Positions 29,298-39,205 of a DNA stretch of 64,000 bases are shown here, in pieces. Under the pieces are notes generated by a model, which had not been told where the DNA came from, did no database searches, and saw only the letters and a program-made list of their open reading frames with translations. The first letter of the stretch is position 1. Every line of letters begins with the position of its first letter. The position numbers were made by a program, and so were the translations under genes. The stretch spans positions 1,056,001-1,120,000 of the forward strand of contig OY764265.1 in assembly GCA_963668355.1 (NCBI GenBank), read 5' to 3'. This DNA comes from Bdellovibrionota bacterium. GTDB lineage: Bacteria; Bdellovibrionota_G; JALEGL01; DATDPG01.

Positions 29298-30149
29298 ATG
29301 AAAACGGCAGGAAAAGGATTTAAAATTTTCATTGGATTCCTTCTCGTGGGAATTTTCTTCGAACTCCTCACCATCATTGGTCTTCTCGGAGATGAGATCA
29401 ATCCACATGGAGACATTGCCATCGTGGATGTTCTCGGTCCCATCGAAGGTTCTCGTGAAACCGTACGAACATTGAAAAAGTTTTCCAAGCAAGAGGATGT
29501 AAAAGCCATTGTCCTGCGCGTGGACAGCCCCGGAGGGGTTGTGGGTGCCTCTCAGGAAATTCACGATGCCGTAAAGGAGGCCAATCAGAAAAAACCTTTG
29601 GTGGTGTCGATGGGAAATGTGGCGGCTTCCGGAGGTTACTATGTGTCGGCCCCCGCTCGAAAAATTGTGGCCACGCCCGGAACCATCACTGGATCACTCG
29701 GTGTCATCGCGCAATACTTCATGGTTGGAGAACTTCTCAAAAAGGCCCACCTTCAATGGGAAGTCATCAAAGCCGGAAAGGTCAAGGACATCGGTTCCCC
29801 TTTTCGAAAGATGACCGACGAGGAACGAAAAATTTTAAGTCATATGACCGAAGACATTCATGAACAATTCATCGAAGCCGTTGCCACGGGACGAAAAATG
29901 AAGGTCGATGACGTTCGAAATTTAGCAGACGGACGCGTGGTCTCCGGAAGGCAGGCGCAAAAATTGGGCTTGGTTGATGAGTTGGGCGGTCTTGAGCGGG
30001 CAATTGAAATCGCCGCAAAATTGGGAAACGTTCAAGGAGAACCCAAGGTCATTTATCCCGAAAAAGAACGTTTTCAGTGGCTTGAAAATATCGCCGAAGG
30101 AAAATTGGACACGTCCCTCTTTCGCGTAGAATATCGCCTGGTTCCTTAA
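29298..30149 (+). CDS. sppA: Signal peptide peptidase SppA (S49)
   Basis: LRVDSPGG, SMGNVAASGGYY and TGSLGV. Confidence 0.93.
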   Translation: MKTAGKGFKIFIGFLLVGIFFELLTIIGLLGDEINPHGDIAIVDVLGPIEGSRETVRTLKKFSKQEDVKAIVLRVDSPGGVVGASQEIHDAVKEANQKKPLVVSMGNVAASGGYYVSAPARKIVATPGTITGSLGVIAQYFMVGELLKKAHLQWEVIKAGKVKDIGSPFRKMTDEERKILSHMTEDIHEQFIEAVATGRKMKVDDVRNLADGRVVSGRQAQKLGLVDELGGLERAIEIAAKLGNVQGEPKVIYPEKERFQWLENIAEGKLDTSLFRVEYRLVP

Positions 30150-30173
30150 CTTAAAGATTTTACGTGCAATTAC

Positions 30174-30264
30174 GAAACGATGGATTTTGGACCAGATCAA
30201 GGCGGCCGACAATGAGGACCGCTCACAGGAGGCCAACGCGGAGCTGGACCAAAAGACATGTTTC
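30174..30264. repeat. Imperfect ~90-nt intergenic palindrome
   Basis: gaaacgatggattttggaccagatc ... gagctggaccaaaagacatgtttc. Confidence 0.55.
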
Positions 30265-30278
30265 CATGGTAAAGAACT

Positions 30279-30755
30279 ATGAATAGACTTTGGGCACCTT
30301 GGCGCATTAAGTTCATTTTGGAGCATTTGAAATCCGTGAATTGCGTATTTTGTGACATTCCAAAAGAAAATAAGGATGCCGAGAATTACATTCTCCATCG
30401 ATCCAACCATTGCTTCACGATTTTAAATAAGTACCCCTATAACAGCGGCCACCTCATGGTGATTCCGTATCAGCACACCAATGACCTCACGGCTCTGAGT
30501 GACGAAGCCATGCTGGACATGCAAGTGTGTTTGAAACGAGCCGTCCAGGCCATGAAAACCAAACTCAACCCCCAGGGCTTTAATATTGGGATGAATTTGG
30601 GAGCTGCCGGGGGTGCGGGCATTGCTGACCACCTTCATTATCACGTAGTACCCCGCTGGAACGGCGACACCAACTTCATGCCCGTCTTTGGTGAAACCAA
30701 AATCCTCCCTGAAACACTGGAAGAAACCCACCAACGCTTGATTTCGGCCTTTTAA
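30279..30755 (+). CDS. HIT-family hydrolase (Ap4A phosphorylase-like)
   Basis: LWAPWR, CVFC, NKYPYNSGH and HLHYHVVPR. Confidence 0.92.
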   Translation: MNRLWAPWRIKFILEHLKSVNCVFCDIPKENKDAENYILHRSNHCFTILNKYPYNSGHLMVIPYQHTNDLTALSDEAMLDMQVCLKRAVQAMKTKLNPQGFNIGMNLGAAGGAGIADHLHYHVVPRWNGDTNFMPVFGETKILPETLEETHQRLISAF

Positions 30756-30864
30756 ATCCAAATCCTATCAAAAGTGAACGTTTCACTTTTGATCGTTTCT
30801 CTGTTTTCTTGACACCCTGCGGCGTTCCCAATATGACCGTTCCATTAATGGATTTTTTTTAGGA

Positions 30865-32352
30865 GTGAATATGCTCGTTCTTCGTTTCAGTGCCGTGTTG
30901 CTTTCGATGTCTTTGCTTTTTTCAGGATCGGTTCATGCGTTTTCATTTGGGGCAAAAACCCAATCTGAGAAAAATCAGAAACTTGAGCAGGCTCTTGAGG
31001 AACGCGACCTAAAAGATACACAAAAGTGGTTGGAAAAAGGTGCCAACGCCGCAGAAATTTTTGATGGGCAACTCGCTCTTTGGCTCGCACGAAACCCTTA
31101 TATTTTTGAGGATTGGCACTGGGACGACGTCGAGACCAGCATACTCAATCAAAAACCTTCGTTTGAGGTTCGAGATGAACACGGAAACTCTGTGTATCAC
31201 CTCTCCACGAATATGAAGCTCTTGGGAGCAGCCCAAGCGGCCGGGGTCAATGTGGACGCAAAGAACCATAAAGGTGAAACTGCATTGTTTTTGACTTTGA
31301 ATGAAATGGTCCACTTGCAATTCAAACTCATGCAACCCAGGAAGTCTGCGGAGAGTTACTATGAACGAAGTTCACAGGCTTCGCGCCTTGCAAATCTTTA
31401 CCGCCGTGCGAGCCTATTTTTGGGTTGGGGGGCTCAAATCGACACGAAGAACGCTGTGGATTGGTCACCTTTGGATGCTCGCGACGAACATGGAAACAAT
31501 ATTTTACATGGAATCGCATCAACCATCATCGCGGAAGCCATTTTGAATACTGGATTTCCCGTTGACCAAGAGAACGACAAAAAAGAAACTCCCCTTTATT
31601 ATGTTTTTCCCCGTGCAAATGGGGAGCTCGTTCGAAATTATTATTCGACACCAGATTTCCGGTTTGGGTCGGTTTTTGGTTTGGTGGATACCTTTTTGGA
31701 GGCTGGGGCCGACACAGAACACACGAACCTGGAAGGCAAAAAACCTTTTGAAGGCTGGAATATTTGGCGTTTTCCGCTTCCGGGCTGTAAAGACCTCAAG
31801 CTTCTCGGCTACCTGATTAAGGAAGACCGATTCGACTTAATTGAACGCCTTTCCGAGCAAGTTCCGTTTCATCCGGCTCCCATTTTCAAAGCATTGGAGA
31901 GAGGCTTTTCATTGGAGGAGATCCGCTTGATGGCAGAAAATTGCGATCTAAAAACACTCCAAACCTATTATCACGGAGAACTTGGCTCGGTCGTTCATGC
32001 GGCTGTGCGACTGGGGCGTCTGGATGTTGCCAAGATGTTTCATGAACGTTTTGATCTCCCGCTGGATGCGAATGCTTGGGGGAACGAAGGAAAGTATTGG
32101 TTTACTCCCTTAGCGGCGGCTTTTCTCTACGCACCTGAAAACCAAGATGATTTCGTGGCCTACTATGTTTCCAAAGGACAAGATGTGGTTGAGGTGGCCA
32201 AACACCTCGCGAAACTGGCCGAAGAACGCGGGGAAGAGTTGGACCAAATCCAAGAAAGAGCCAAGCGTCAGCGACGCCAAATTTGGGGACTTCAAGCGGA
32301 AAGAGCAAGGCCTAAGGAAAAAAGAGATCGGGCTCGACATTACAACTTTTAA
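30865..32352 (+). CDS. Secreted ankyrin-repeat protein
   Basis: Signal peptide; repeats DEHGNSVYH, NHKGETALF, DEHGNNILH and KETPLY. Confidence 0.78.
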   Translation: MNMLVLRFSAVLLSMSLLFSGSVHAFSFGAKTQSEKNQKLEQALEERDLKDTQKWLEKGANAAEIFDGQLALWLARNPYIFEDWHWDDVETSILNQKPSFEVRDEHGNSVYHLSTNMKLLGAAQAAGVNVDAKNHKGETALFLTLNEMVHLQFKLMQPRKSAESYYERSSQASRLANLYRRASLFLGWGAQIDTKNAVDWSPLDARDEHGNNILHGIASTIIAEAILNTGFPVDQENDKKETPLYYVFPRANGELVRNYYSTPDFRFGSVFGLVDTFLEAGADTEHTNLEGKKPFEGWNIWRFPLPGCKDLKLLGYLIKEDRFDLIERLSEQVPFHPAPIFKALERGFSLEEIRLMAENCDLKTLQTYYHGELGSVVHAAVRLGRLDVAKMFHERFDLPLDANAWGNEGKYWFTPLAAAFLYAPENQDDFVAYYVSKGQDVVEVAKHLAKLAEERGEELDQIQERAKRQRRQIWGLQAERARPKEKRDRARHYNF

Positions 32353-32479
32353 ATTTCAAGTGAACTCTTTGTCGCAAAACGGGATTTCCTCATCCCAGTT
32401 TTCGGCACCTCTCCTTTAACCAACTTATTAAAAACCCTTTTATTTTAATAGGTTACCAAAAGAAAAACTTCGCCCTGCG

Positions 32480-32495
32480 TGGTACAGAACTTGCT
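32480..32495 (+). promoter_or_regulatory. sigma54 (-24/-12) promoter
   Basis: TGGTACAGAACTTGCT (GG-N10-GC); AT-rich IHF-like ttttaataggtta just upstream. Confidence 0.65.
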
Positions 32496-32609
32496 CATTT
32501 GTAGGGCGTGGAAAGAAAAACGGGTCAAAATGACATATGGCGTTATATGGCGTTGACATCATGTAACGCGTTGTGTTAGTGGCCATGCAATTATGTTGAG
32601 GATAGAGAT

Positions 32610-33818
32610 ATGAGGCTTCAAATTTTCAAACTCTTTTGGATTTTGCTCATCGTTCCGACGATGGCTTTGGCCCAACCCCCAGAGGAACTCCCTGCGGAAG
32701 ACGCTTCTCAAGCCGAGGAAGGTTTTGAAAGCGTGGAACCCGTTCCCGTGGCCGAACCCGCTCCGGCACCCATTCCTGAGCCCGCCGCTTCCCCGGACGA
32801 CGATACGGTGCGAGGCGTAACGCTCTCTCCTTCCTTGGGCGTGTATCCCCTCGGATATGACAGCATCAATCTTTCGGCAGATAATTCCGAAGGAAAACGG
32901 TATTTCCTCCAATTACAGCCGAGTCTGGCTCTCGACAGTCTATTTAAAACCGCAGGCGGTCGAAAGATGGGCTTTTCATTGGCTTACACGCTGATTTATC
33001 GCGAGTATTTCAATAAAGGGACAACGTTTCGAGACATCGAAAACGATCTCGAGGGTTCCTTTAGCATCGACTGGACGGACCGCTTAAGCATGTCGATGTA
33101 CGCTTTGGCTGGGTATATGTTCAAGGTGGGTGAAGACACCAACGAAGACAATGCCATCTTCTTAGACATCACCGCACCCAAGTTCACCTTCAAAGCCAAC
33201 GACCAGATTAGTTTTGGGTTGGGTTTCTGGGCCCAGTGGGCAGAAATTTTAAACAGCTACCTTTCCGCCAATGAAGCCGATTACCCTGGAGACTTGGATG
33301 ACATTCGCCGTGGAGACATCACTTCAGCGGCTTCCGGTTATCTGGATTTCAGCTCCCCTTATTATGACAGCTATCTTGGAGATCTCACGAGCGACGAGCG
33401 CTATTGGGCCGGAAATTTAGGTGTGCGTGCCAATGTTGGCTGGACACCCATCGATGGAACCTCGGTCAAAATGGACTATCGATACGTATTTGAAGGCTTG
33501 AGTAATAAATCGGCCGCTCAATGGCGTGGGCACTACATCAAACCCTCCGTCAGTCAGGCCATGCCTTGGCCAGGAGGTCGCGTGAGTTTGGCCAATGAAC
33601 TTCGCCTACGAATTTACGAATCGTCGTTTGTGGAAGGAACCTCGGCGAAGGTTCAAAAATTTCGAAATCGCCTGACCCTTTCCGTCAGTCAAGCCATCAA
33701 TGATTTCATGAGCTTCAAGGGATTCTATCGTTGGCAAATCACCGGGAAAAACGCGGATGATTATTCCAACACGCCCCAAGCTCATTGGTTCTTTATGGGA
33801 GTGGATTTGAGTTTTTAG
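32610..33818 (+). CDS. Putative outer-membrane beta-barrel protein
   Basis: Signal peptide, Pro/Glu linker, amphipathic strands, terminal Phe (GVDLSF). Confidence 0.7.
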   Translation: MRLQIFKLFWILLIVPTMALAQPPEELPAEDASQAEEGFESVEPVPVAEPAPAPIPEPAASPDDDTVRGVTLSPSLGVYPLGYDSINLSADNSEGKRYFLQLQPSLALDSLFKTAGGRKMGFSLAYTLIYREYFNKGTTFRDIENDLEGSFSIDWTDRLSMSMYALAGYMFKVGEDTNEDNAIFLDITAPKFTFKANDQISFGLGFWAQWAEILNSYLSANEADYPGDLDDIRRGDITSAASGYLDFSSPYYDSYLGDLTSDERYWAGNLGVRANVGWTPIDGTSVKMDYRYVFEGLSNKSAAQWRGHYIKPSVSQAMPWPGGRVSLANELRLRIYESSFVEGTSAKVQKFRNRLTLSVSQAINDFMSFKGFYRWQITGKNADDYSNTPQAHWFFMGVDLSF

Positions 33819-33826
33819 GAGAAACT

Positions 33827-34891
33827 ATGCGCTGTAAACAAACCATCATTTTAGGCTCATTGCTTTCCGTTTCTCTGGTTGCCGTTTCGTGCAGTCAAAT
33901 TGCAAACACCGGCAGAAAGAAGACGGGGGCGGCAAGTCATTACCTCATCACCAATGAATCTTTCGACACCAACGCCTGCACGCGGGGAATGTTCATTCTC
34001 ACGGCGCAGAAAGATTTATTCAAACGGGAATTCTCCACACAAGGTCGTGGCTTCATTTCCAAAAAACAGATCGAGAACCCAGATCCCTATACTCGGCTGG
34101 GCTATCGACCCATTGATCCCAAAAAAGGATCTCCGCCAGACGTGGCCATGAACATTGGTCCCAGCATTCAAATCGACCTGGGAACACAGAATGTCGCTTC
34201 AGCCGATGTGGCCACCAGCGAAGAATATTCCATGGTCTTGAACGCCATGAAAAGCACCGCTCAAACGGATCTCGTTTCCGACAAACTCGTCTTAAGCTGG
34301 AGACCCGACTGGAAAGCGTATTACTCTGACTATGGCAGCAAGCCCGGTCGAACCATCGAAGCTTCTACGCTGGCTCCTTATGCTTATGCGCAAAACGAGG
34401 ATGGCGTCCAAGAGAAAGCCGCCGCCATCAGCCAGGTGAAACAGGTTCGCTCGTTTGTCTTTGGCCTCTCCAGCCAACAAACGGTCATCGGAGCCAATAT
34501 TCCGGAAAGCGTTGAAACCGAAGAGAACGAAAAGGGTCTTTCTGGTGTCATTGCCGACAATGAAACCCTGGACATCCCCATTGCCGCCAGCCCCAGCTTG
34601 GCAGGCAAAGAAGGGTTAATTCTTGTAACCATTGAAGAATACAAGGAAAAACCGACTTGGAGAGCGTATTATTCCGTCAAGGATTCCAGCGGCGAAGCCC
34701 AAACCCTTTCCATTCCCACCAAGGGCAAAAACTATGAGGGAAAAGATTTTGAATTGGGTGCTGGACCCGCCAAAATCGTGATCAGTCGTTGGTTAATGAC
34801 GCATCACCCAGTGAACGACAATGTACAGGGAACCCTCTGCGTAGCCTCCGGAAATGTGCTCGTCACCTACGGCGAACTCGAAGGAAAATAA
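33827..34891 (+). CDS. Hypothetical lipoprotein
   Basis: AGGAG RBS; hydrophobic signal ending VAVSC. Confidence 0.7.
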   Translation: MRCKQTIILGSLLSVSLVAVSCSQIANTGRKKTGAASHYLITNESFDTNACTRGMFILTAQKDLFKREFSTQGRGFISKKQIENPDPYTRLGYRPIDPKKGSPPDVAMNIGPSIQIDLGTQNVASADVATSEEYSMVLNAMKSTAQTDLVSDKLVLSWRPDWKAYYSDYGSKPGRTIEASTLAPYAYAQNEDGVQEKAAAISQVKQVRSFVFGLSSQQTVIGANIPESVETEENEKGLSGVIADNETLDIPIAASPSLAGKEGLILVTIEEYKEKPTWRAYYSVKDSSGEAQTLSIPTKGKNYEGKDFELGAGPAKIVISRWLMTHHPVNDNVQGTLCVASGNVLVTYGELEGK

Positions 34892-34924
34892 CGAAAAAGC
34901 CCTACTTTTAAGGGGTTTGAGGCC

Positions 34925-34952
34925 TTGACAGGGCTTTTGCCCTATATATAGT
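34925..34952 (+). promoter_or_regulatory. sigma70-type promoter for yceD-rpmF
   Basis: TTGACA-N16-TATAGT. Confidence 0.55.
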
Positions 34953-34963
34953 GCCCCGACTTT

Positions 34964-35461
34964 ATGCGACTGAGTACCCGAAAAATCCCCCCTGAAGGGC
35001 TGGATCTGGATTTTGCGATTCCCGCTTCATCCATGGCTACGGGTTTGCATAAAAAGGATCAGTTCTTCAATCTTTTTGAGAATGAGGTTTCGTGTCAGTT
35101 TCATTTTGAAATCGACAAGGCTGAAGTTTTTCTCTCGGGAAACGTACAAACCAACGTAAAGCCGGTTTGTGACCGATGTGGAGATGTGTTTGAAAAGCCA
35201 CTTTCGATTGAACTTTCTTTGACCTGCTCTCCCGAAAAAGGATGGCATGGCTCAGATAGCTATCAAGAATCCGATGAGGGGCTCATTTTTTATACGAACG
35301 AAGAATTGGATTTAACTGAAATCGTACGAGAACAGGTTCTCTTAACCTTACCCATGCGGTTATTATGCCGACCGGACTGTAAAGGTCTGTGTCCGCATTG
35401 CGGAGTAAATTTGAATCTGGGCGAACACACCTGTTCGCACAGTCAGCCAACAGCTGTTTAA
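34964..35461 (+). CDS. yceD: DUF177/YceD family protein
   Basis: CDRC, LTLPMRLLC..DCKGLCPHCG; precedes rpmF. Confidence 0.92.
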   Translation: MRLSTRKIPPEGLDLDFAIPASSMATGLHKKDQFFNLFENEVSCQFHFEIDKAEVFLSGNVQTNVKPVCDRCGDVFEKPLSIELSLTCSPEKGWHGSDSYQESDEGLIFYTNEELDLTEIVREQVLLTLPMRLLCRPDCKGLCPHCGVNLNLGEHTCSHSQPTAV

Positions 35462-35479
35462 TATGTAAGGAGTTTTTCA

Positions 35480-35665
35480 ATGCCGGTACCAAAACGAAAA
35501 ACATCGCAATCGAAAAGGGATTTACGACGATCACATCACGCAAAAACCCCTCCAGGGAATGTGCGTGCTTGCCCCCAATGTTCCGAGCCAATGCAAATGC
35601 ATAAAGTTTGCTCTGCGTGTGGATATTATAAAGGCAAGGAAGTCGTTGAGATTCCTTTGGACTAG
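35480..35665 (+). CDS. rpmF: 50S ribosomal protein L32
   Basis: MPVPKRKTS..RRSH, CPQC..CSACGYY. Confidence 0.97.
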   Translation: MPVPKRKTSQSKRDLRRSHHAKTPPGNVRACPQCSEPMQMHKVCSACGYYKGKEVVEIPLD

Positions 35666-35837
35666 ATATCAAGAAAATTTAATTGAACTTAATTTCACGG
35701 ATTCCTTGACGGAATGATCGAAGGAAGCTTTTCTTACATCGCTTTCTTTTCATATCCCAAGAGGAGACGGAAAAAGAAAGTGCCAAACTCTACGCAAGAA
35801 ATGACTTGGGTAGGGATCGAAAGGAGATGGAGGCAAA

Positions 35838-36077
35838 ATGTCCATTGAAAATGTAGAAACCAAAGTTAAAGAAATCGTGGCAGAACAACTCAGTGTAGAT
35901 ATCGCTGAATTGGAACCTTCCAAGTCATTCATCAATGATTTGGGTGCTGACTCATTGGATATCGTCGAACTCGTCATGGCTATGGAAGAAGAGTTTGATG
36001 TGGAAATTCCAGATGAAGACGCCGAGAAAATTCAAACTCTTGGTGATGCCATCAAATACGTCGCTGAACATCAATAA
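35838..36077 (+). CDS. acpP: Acyl carrier protein
   Basis: [20 protein letters not shown]. Confidence 0.97.
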   Translation: MSIENVETKVKEIVAEQLSVDIAELEPSKSFINDLGADSLDIVELVMAMEEEFDVEIPDEDAEKIQTLGDAIKYVAEHQ

Positions 36078-36108
36078 AAGCGACGGGTAAGAAAAGGCCA
36101 CTTCAAAT

Positions 36109-37359
36109 ATGGCTCCTGCCAAAAATCGTCGAGTCGTTGTTACAGGCTTGGGTGCAGTGTCGCCCATTGGAATCGGTGTGGAAAACAATTGGAACGCACT
36201 TATGGAAGGGCGTTCTGGAGTTGAAACCATTCCGTATTTTGACACCACCGGTTTCACCTCAAAGATCGGAGGCATTGTAAAAGAATTCAACGCCGTCGAT
36301 CACATTGACAAAAAAGCCCTGAAACAAATGGATGTATTCACCCATTATGCGTTGGCTGCGGCCAAAATGGCTCACAAAGATTCCGGGTTGACGATTGATG
36401 ATGAAAACGCCGATCGTGTCGGCGTACTGGTAGGAGCCGGAATTGGCGGCCTGCAAGAATTAGAAACCACGCACAAAAAGCTTTTAGAACGAGGGCCCGG
36501 TCGTGTCTCGCCCTTTTTCATTTGTCGCATGATCTCCAATTTGGCGCCGGGACAAATCTCCATTCATCTGGGAGCCAAGGGTCCCAACTTGTGTTCGGTT
36601 TCGGCGTGTGCCACCGGCACCCATTCCATCGGAGACGCAGCTAAGATGATTGAGCGTGGCTTGGTGGATGCCATGATTGCCGGGGGTACGGAAGCCGGAA
36701 TCACACCTTTAAGTGTTGCTGGCTTCTGCGCCATGAAAGCTCTTTCCACACGAAACGATGCCCCCCACCAAGCAAGTCGACCGTTTGATCGCGACCGAGA
36801 TGGTTTCGTGATTGCGGAAGGCTCCGGCATTTTAATCTTGGAAGAGTTGGAACACGCCAAAAAAAGAGGGGCCAAGATTTACTGCGAACTCTCAGGCTAT
36901 GGCCTTTCCAGCGATGCCCATCATATTTCCACACCGGCCGAAAATGGTGAAGGCATGTCTCGCTGCATGAACCTCGCTCTGAAAGATGCCGCTCTCAACC
37001 CAGAAGAAATCGCCTACATCAATGCACATGGAACTTCGACCGAATACAACGACTGGTATGAAACCATGGCCATCAAAACTTCTTTTGGTGAGCATGCGAA
37101 GAAACTCAAAATCAGTTCGACCAAGTCGATGACGGGCCACTTGTTGGGTGGCGCGGGTGGCGTGGAAGCCGTGTACACGGCGTTGACGCTTGACCGAGGC
37201 GTCCTTCCCCCCACGACCAACTATGAAAATCCAGACCCCCGTTGTGACTTGGACTATATTCCTAACAAACCTCAAGAAATGAATGTGGATCATGCCCTGT
37301 CCAATTCTTTTGGATTTGGCGGCACGAATGCCACGTTGGTCTTCTCCAAACTAAAATGA
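36109..37359 (+). CDS. fabF: Beta-ketoacyl-ACP synthase II
   Basis: [22 protein letters not shown] and NSFGFGG. Confidence 0.96.
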   Translation: MAPAKNRRVVVTGLGAVSPIGIGVENNWNALMEGRSGVETIPYFDTTGFTSKIGGIVKEFNAVDHIDKKALKQMDVFTHYALAAAKMAHKDSGLTIDDENADRVGVLVGAGIGGLQELETTHKKLLERGPGRVSPFFICRMISNLAPGQISIHLGAKGPNLCSVSACATGTHSIGDAAKMIERGLVDAMIAGGTEAGITPLSVAGFCAMKALSTRNDAPHQASRPFDRDRDGFVIAEGSGILILEELEHAKKRGAKIYCELSGYGLSSDAHHISTPAENGEGMSRCMNLALKDAALNPEEIAYINAHGTSTEYNDWYETMAIKTSFGEHAKKLKISSTKSMTGHLLGGAGGVEAVYTALTLDRGVLPPTTNYENPDPRCDLDYIPNKPQEMNVDHALSNSFGFGGTNATLVFSKLK

Positions 37360-37817
37360 GTTCTGATTCCGACAGTGTGGTTCATGACTTCGTTATCGGA
37401 AGCGACCACGCTGGAATCGAACGAAAAAAAGAAATCAAAGACTTCCTTTCTGAAAGGGGTTTGAGTTTCCTGGATGTAGGAACGAACTCTTCAGACTCCG
37501 TTGACTATCCCGACTTCGCAAAAGCGGTGGGGAAAAAAATTCTTGAAGGCAAGGCCAAGCAAGGAATCCTGATTTGCGGCACAGGAATCGGGATGTCCAT
37601 CACTGCAAATAAGATTTCCGGAATTCGAGCCGCTTTGGCCGTGACTCCGTTCATGGGAGAAATGGGTCGGGCTCATAACAATGCCAATGTCTTATGTCTG
37701 GGCGCACGTATTGTGGATTTCGCAACCACTCAACAAATCGTTGAAGCCTGGTTAAACGCCTCTTTTGAGGGCGGACGTCATGAACGTCGCGTGGAAAAAA
37801 TGGAAGATCATCCATAA
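37356..37817 (+). CDS. rpiB: Ribose 5-phosphate isomerase B
   Basis: GSDHAG, DYPD, CGTGIG, HNNAN and GGRH. Confidence 0.95.
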   Translation: MSSDSDSVVHDFVIGSDHAGIERKKEIKDFLSERGLSFLDVGTNSSDSVDYPDFAKAVGKKILEGKAKQGILICGTGIGMSITANKISGIRAALAVTPFMGEMGRAHNNANVLCLGARIVDFATTQQIVEAWLNASFEGGRHERRVEKMEDHP

Positions 37818-37826
37818 GAGGAAGTT

Positions 37827-39086
37827 ATGAATTTGAAACAAACACTCAAAGAAACAGATCCTGAAATTTATCGCATCGTACAGTCCGAAACTCGTCGGCA
37901 ATCTAACCATTTGGAAATGATTGCTTCTGAAAACTTTGTCAGTCAGGCGGTTTTGGAAACGGCCGGCTCCGTCTTGACCAATAAGTACGCCGAAGGGTAT
38001 CCCAAGAAACGTTACTACAGCGGTTGCCATTTCGTGGACGAATCCGAACAATTGGCCATTGAACGAGCCAAAGAGCTATTTGGTGCCCCTTATGCAAACG
38101 TTCAACCCCATTCCGGTTCCCAAGCCAATATGGGCGTTTATTTTTCCGTTTTGAATCCTGGCGACACAGTTTTATCCATGAGCTTGGATCATGGTGGGCA
38201 TTTGACTCATGGAAGCCCTGTAAATTTTTCGGGTAAGTTTTATAAAATTATTCCTTATGGCGTGAACAAAGAAACCGGTCGCATCGACTACGATGAAGTT
38301 GAAACCTTGGCCAAAGAACACAAGCCCAAACTTTTGGTCTGTGGTGCCAGCGCCTATCCGCGATTCATCGACTTTGAACGATTTCGAAAAATCGCTGACG
38401 GCGTTGGGGCCCTTTTAATGGCCGACATTGCTCACCCAGCAGGATTGGTGGCCGCAGGACTTCACCCAAATCCCATGCCGCATTGTCATTTCGTCACAAC
38501 CACCACACACAAAACGTTACGAGGGCCTCGTGGAGGTCTCATCATGTCTCAAGAAGACATGTCAGCTGGCGTACGAAAACTCATTTTCCCTGGCATTCAG
38601 GGAGGACCCATGTGTCACATCATCGCGGCCAAAGCTGTAGCGTTTCATGAAGCCCTTCAACCGGAATTCAAAACCTATGCGCAACAAATTTTGAACAACA
38701 CGCAGGCGTTGGCCAATGAGTTGTTGGATCATGGATTCATGATTACAAGTGGCGGCACGGACAATCACTTGGTGCTCTTGGATCTTCACAACAAAAACGT
38801 GACCGGAAAAGTGGCTGAGAAAGCCTTAGAAAAAGCGGGCATTACTGTGAACAAGAATATGGTTCCGTTTGATGATCAATCTCCGTTTGTCACCAGCGGG
38901 GTTCGCATTGGAACCCCCGCACTCACAACTCGCGGAATGAAAGAGCCTGAAATGAAACGCATTGGTCAATGGATCAATCAAGTCATTGAAAACCACGAAG
39001 ATCCAAATGTGTTGGAAACGGTTCACTCCGAAGTTGTTGAAATGTGTAAGAGCTTCCCGATCTACGAAGATTTATATGTAGATTGA
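37827..39086 (+). CDS. glyA: Serine hydroxymethyltransferase
   Basis: [14 protein letters not shown] and [14 protein letters not shown]. Confidence 0.97.
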   Translation: MNLKQTLKETDPEIYRIVQSETRRQSNHLEMIASENFVSQAVLETAGSVLTNKYAEGYPKKRYYSGCHFVDESEQLAIERAKELFGAPYANVQPHSGSQANMGVYFSVLNPGDTVLSMSLDHGGHLTHGSPVNFSGKFYKIIPYGVNKETGRIDYDEVETLAKEHKPKLLVCGASAYPRFIDFERFRKIADGVGALLMADIAHPAGLVAAGLHPNPMPHCHFVTTTTHKTLRGPRGGLIMSQEDMSAGVRKLIFPGIQGGPMCHIIAAKAVAFHEALQPEFKTYAQQILNNTQALANELLDHGFMITSGGTDNHLVLLDLHNKNVTGKVAEKALEKAGITVNKNMVPFDDQSPFVTSGVRIGTPALTTRGMKEPEMKRIGQWINQVIENHEDPNVLETVHSEVVEMCKSFPIYEDLYVD

Positions 39087-39205
39087 ACGCCTGGAACGCT
39101 CAACTCCTGTATCCAAGGAGTTAAATCGCTCGAATGGACTGGCCAGGGTTTGGCGGGGACGTTGCGTTTCGGGGAAAAAGCGGTGTAAGTTGCTCACGAA
39201 TTCTC

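Noticed and set aside
39087..39205. FMN riboswitch upstream of ribD
   Set aside because: Conserved RFN motifs are not present; only a short hairpin is seen
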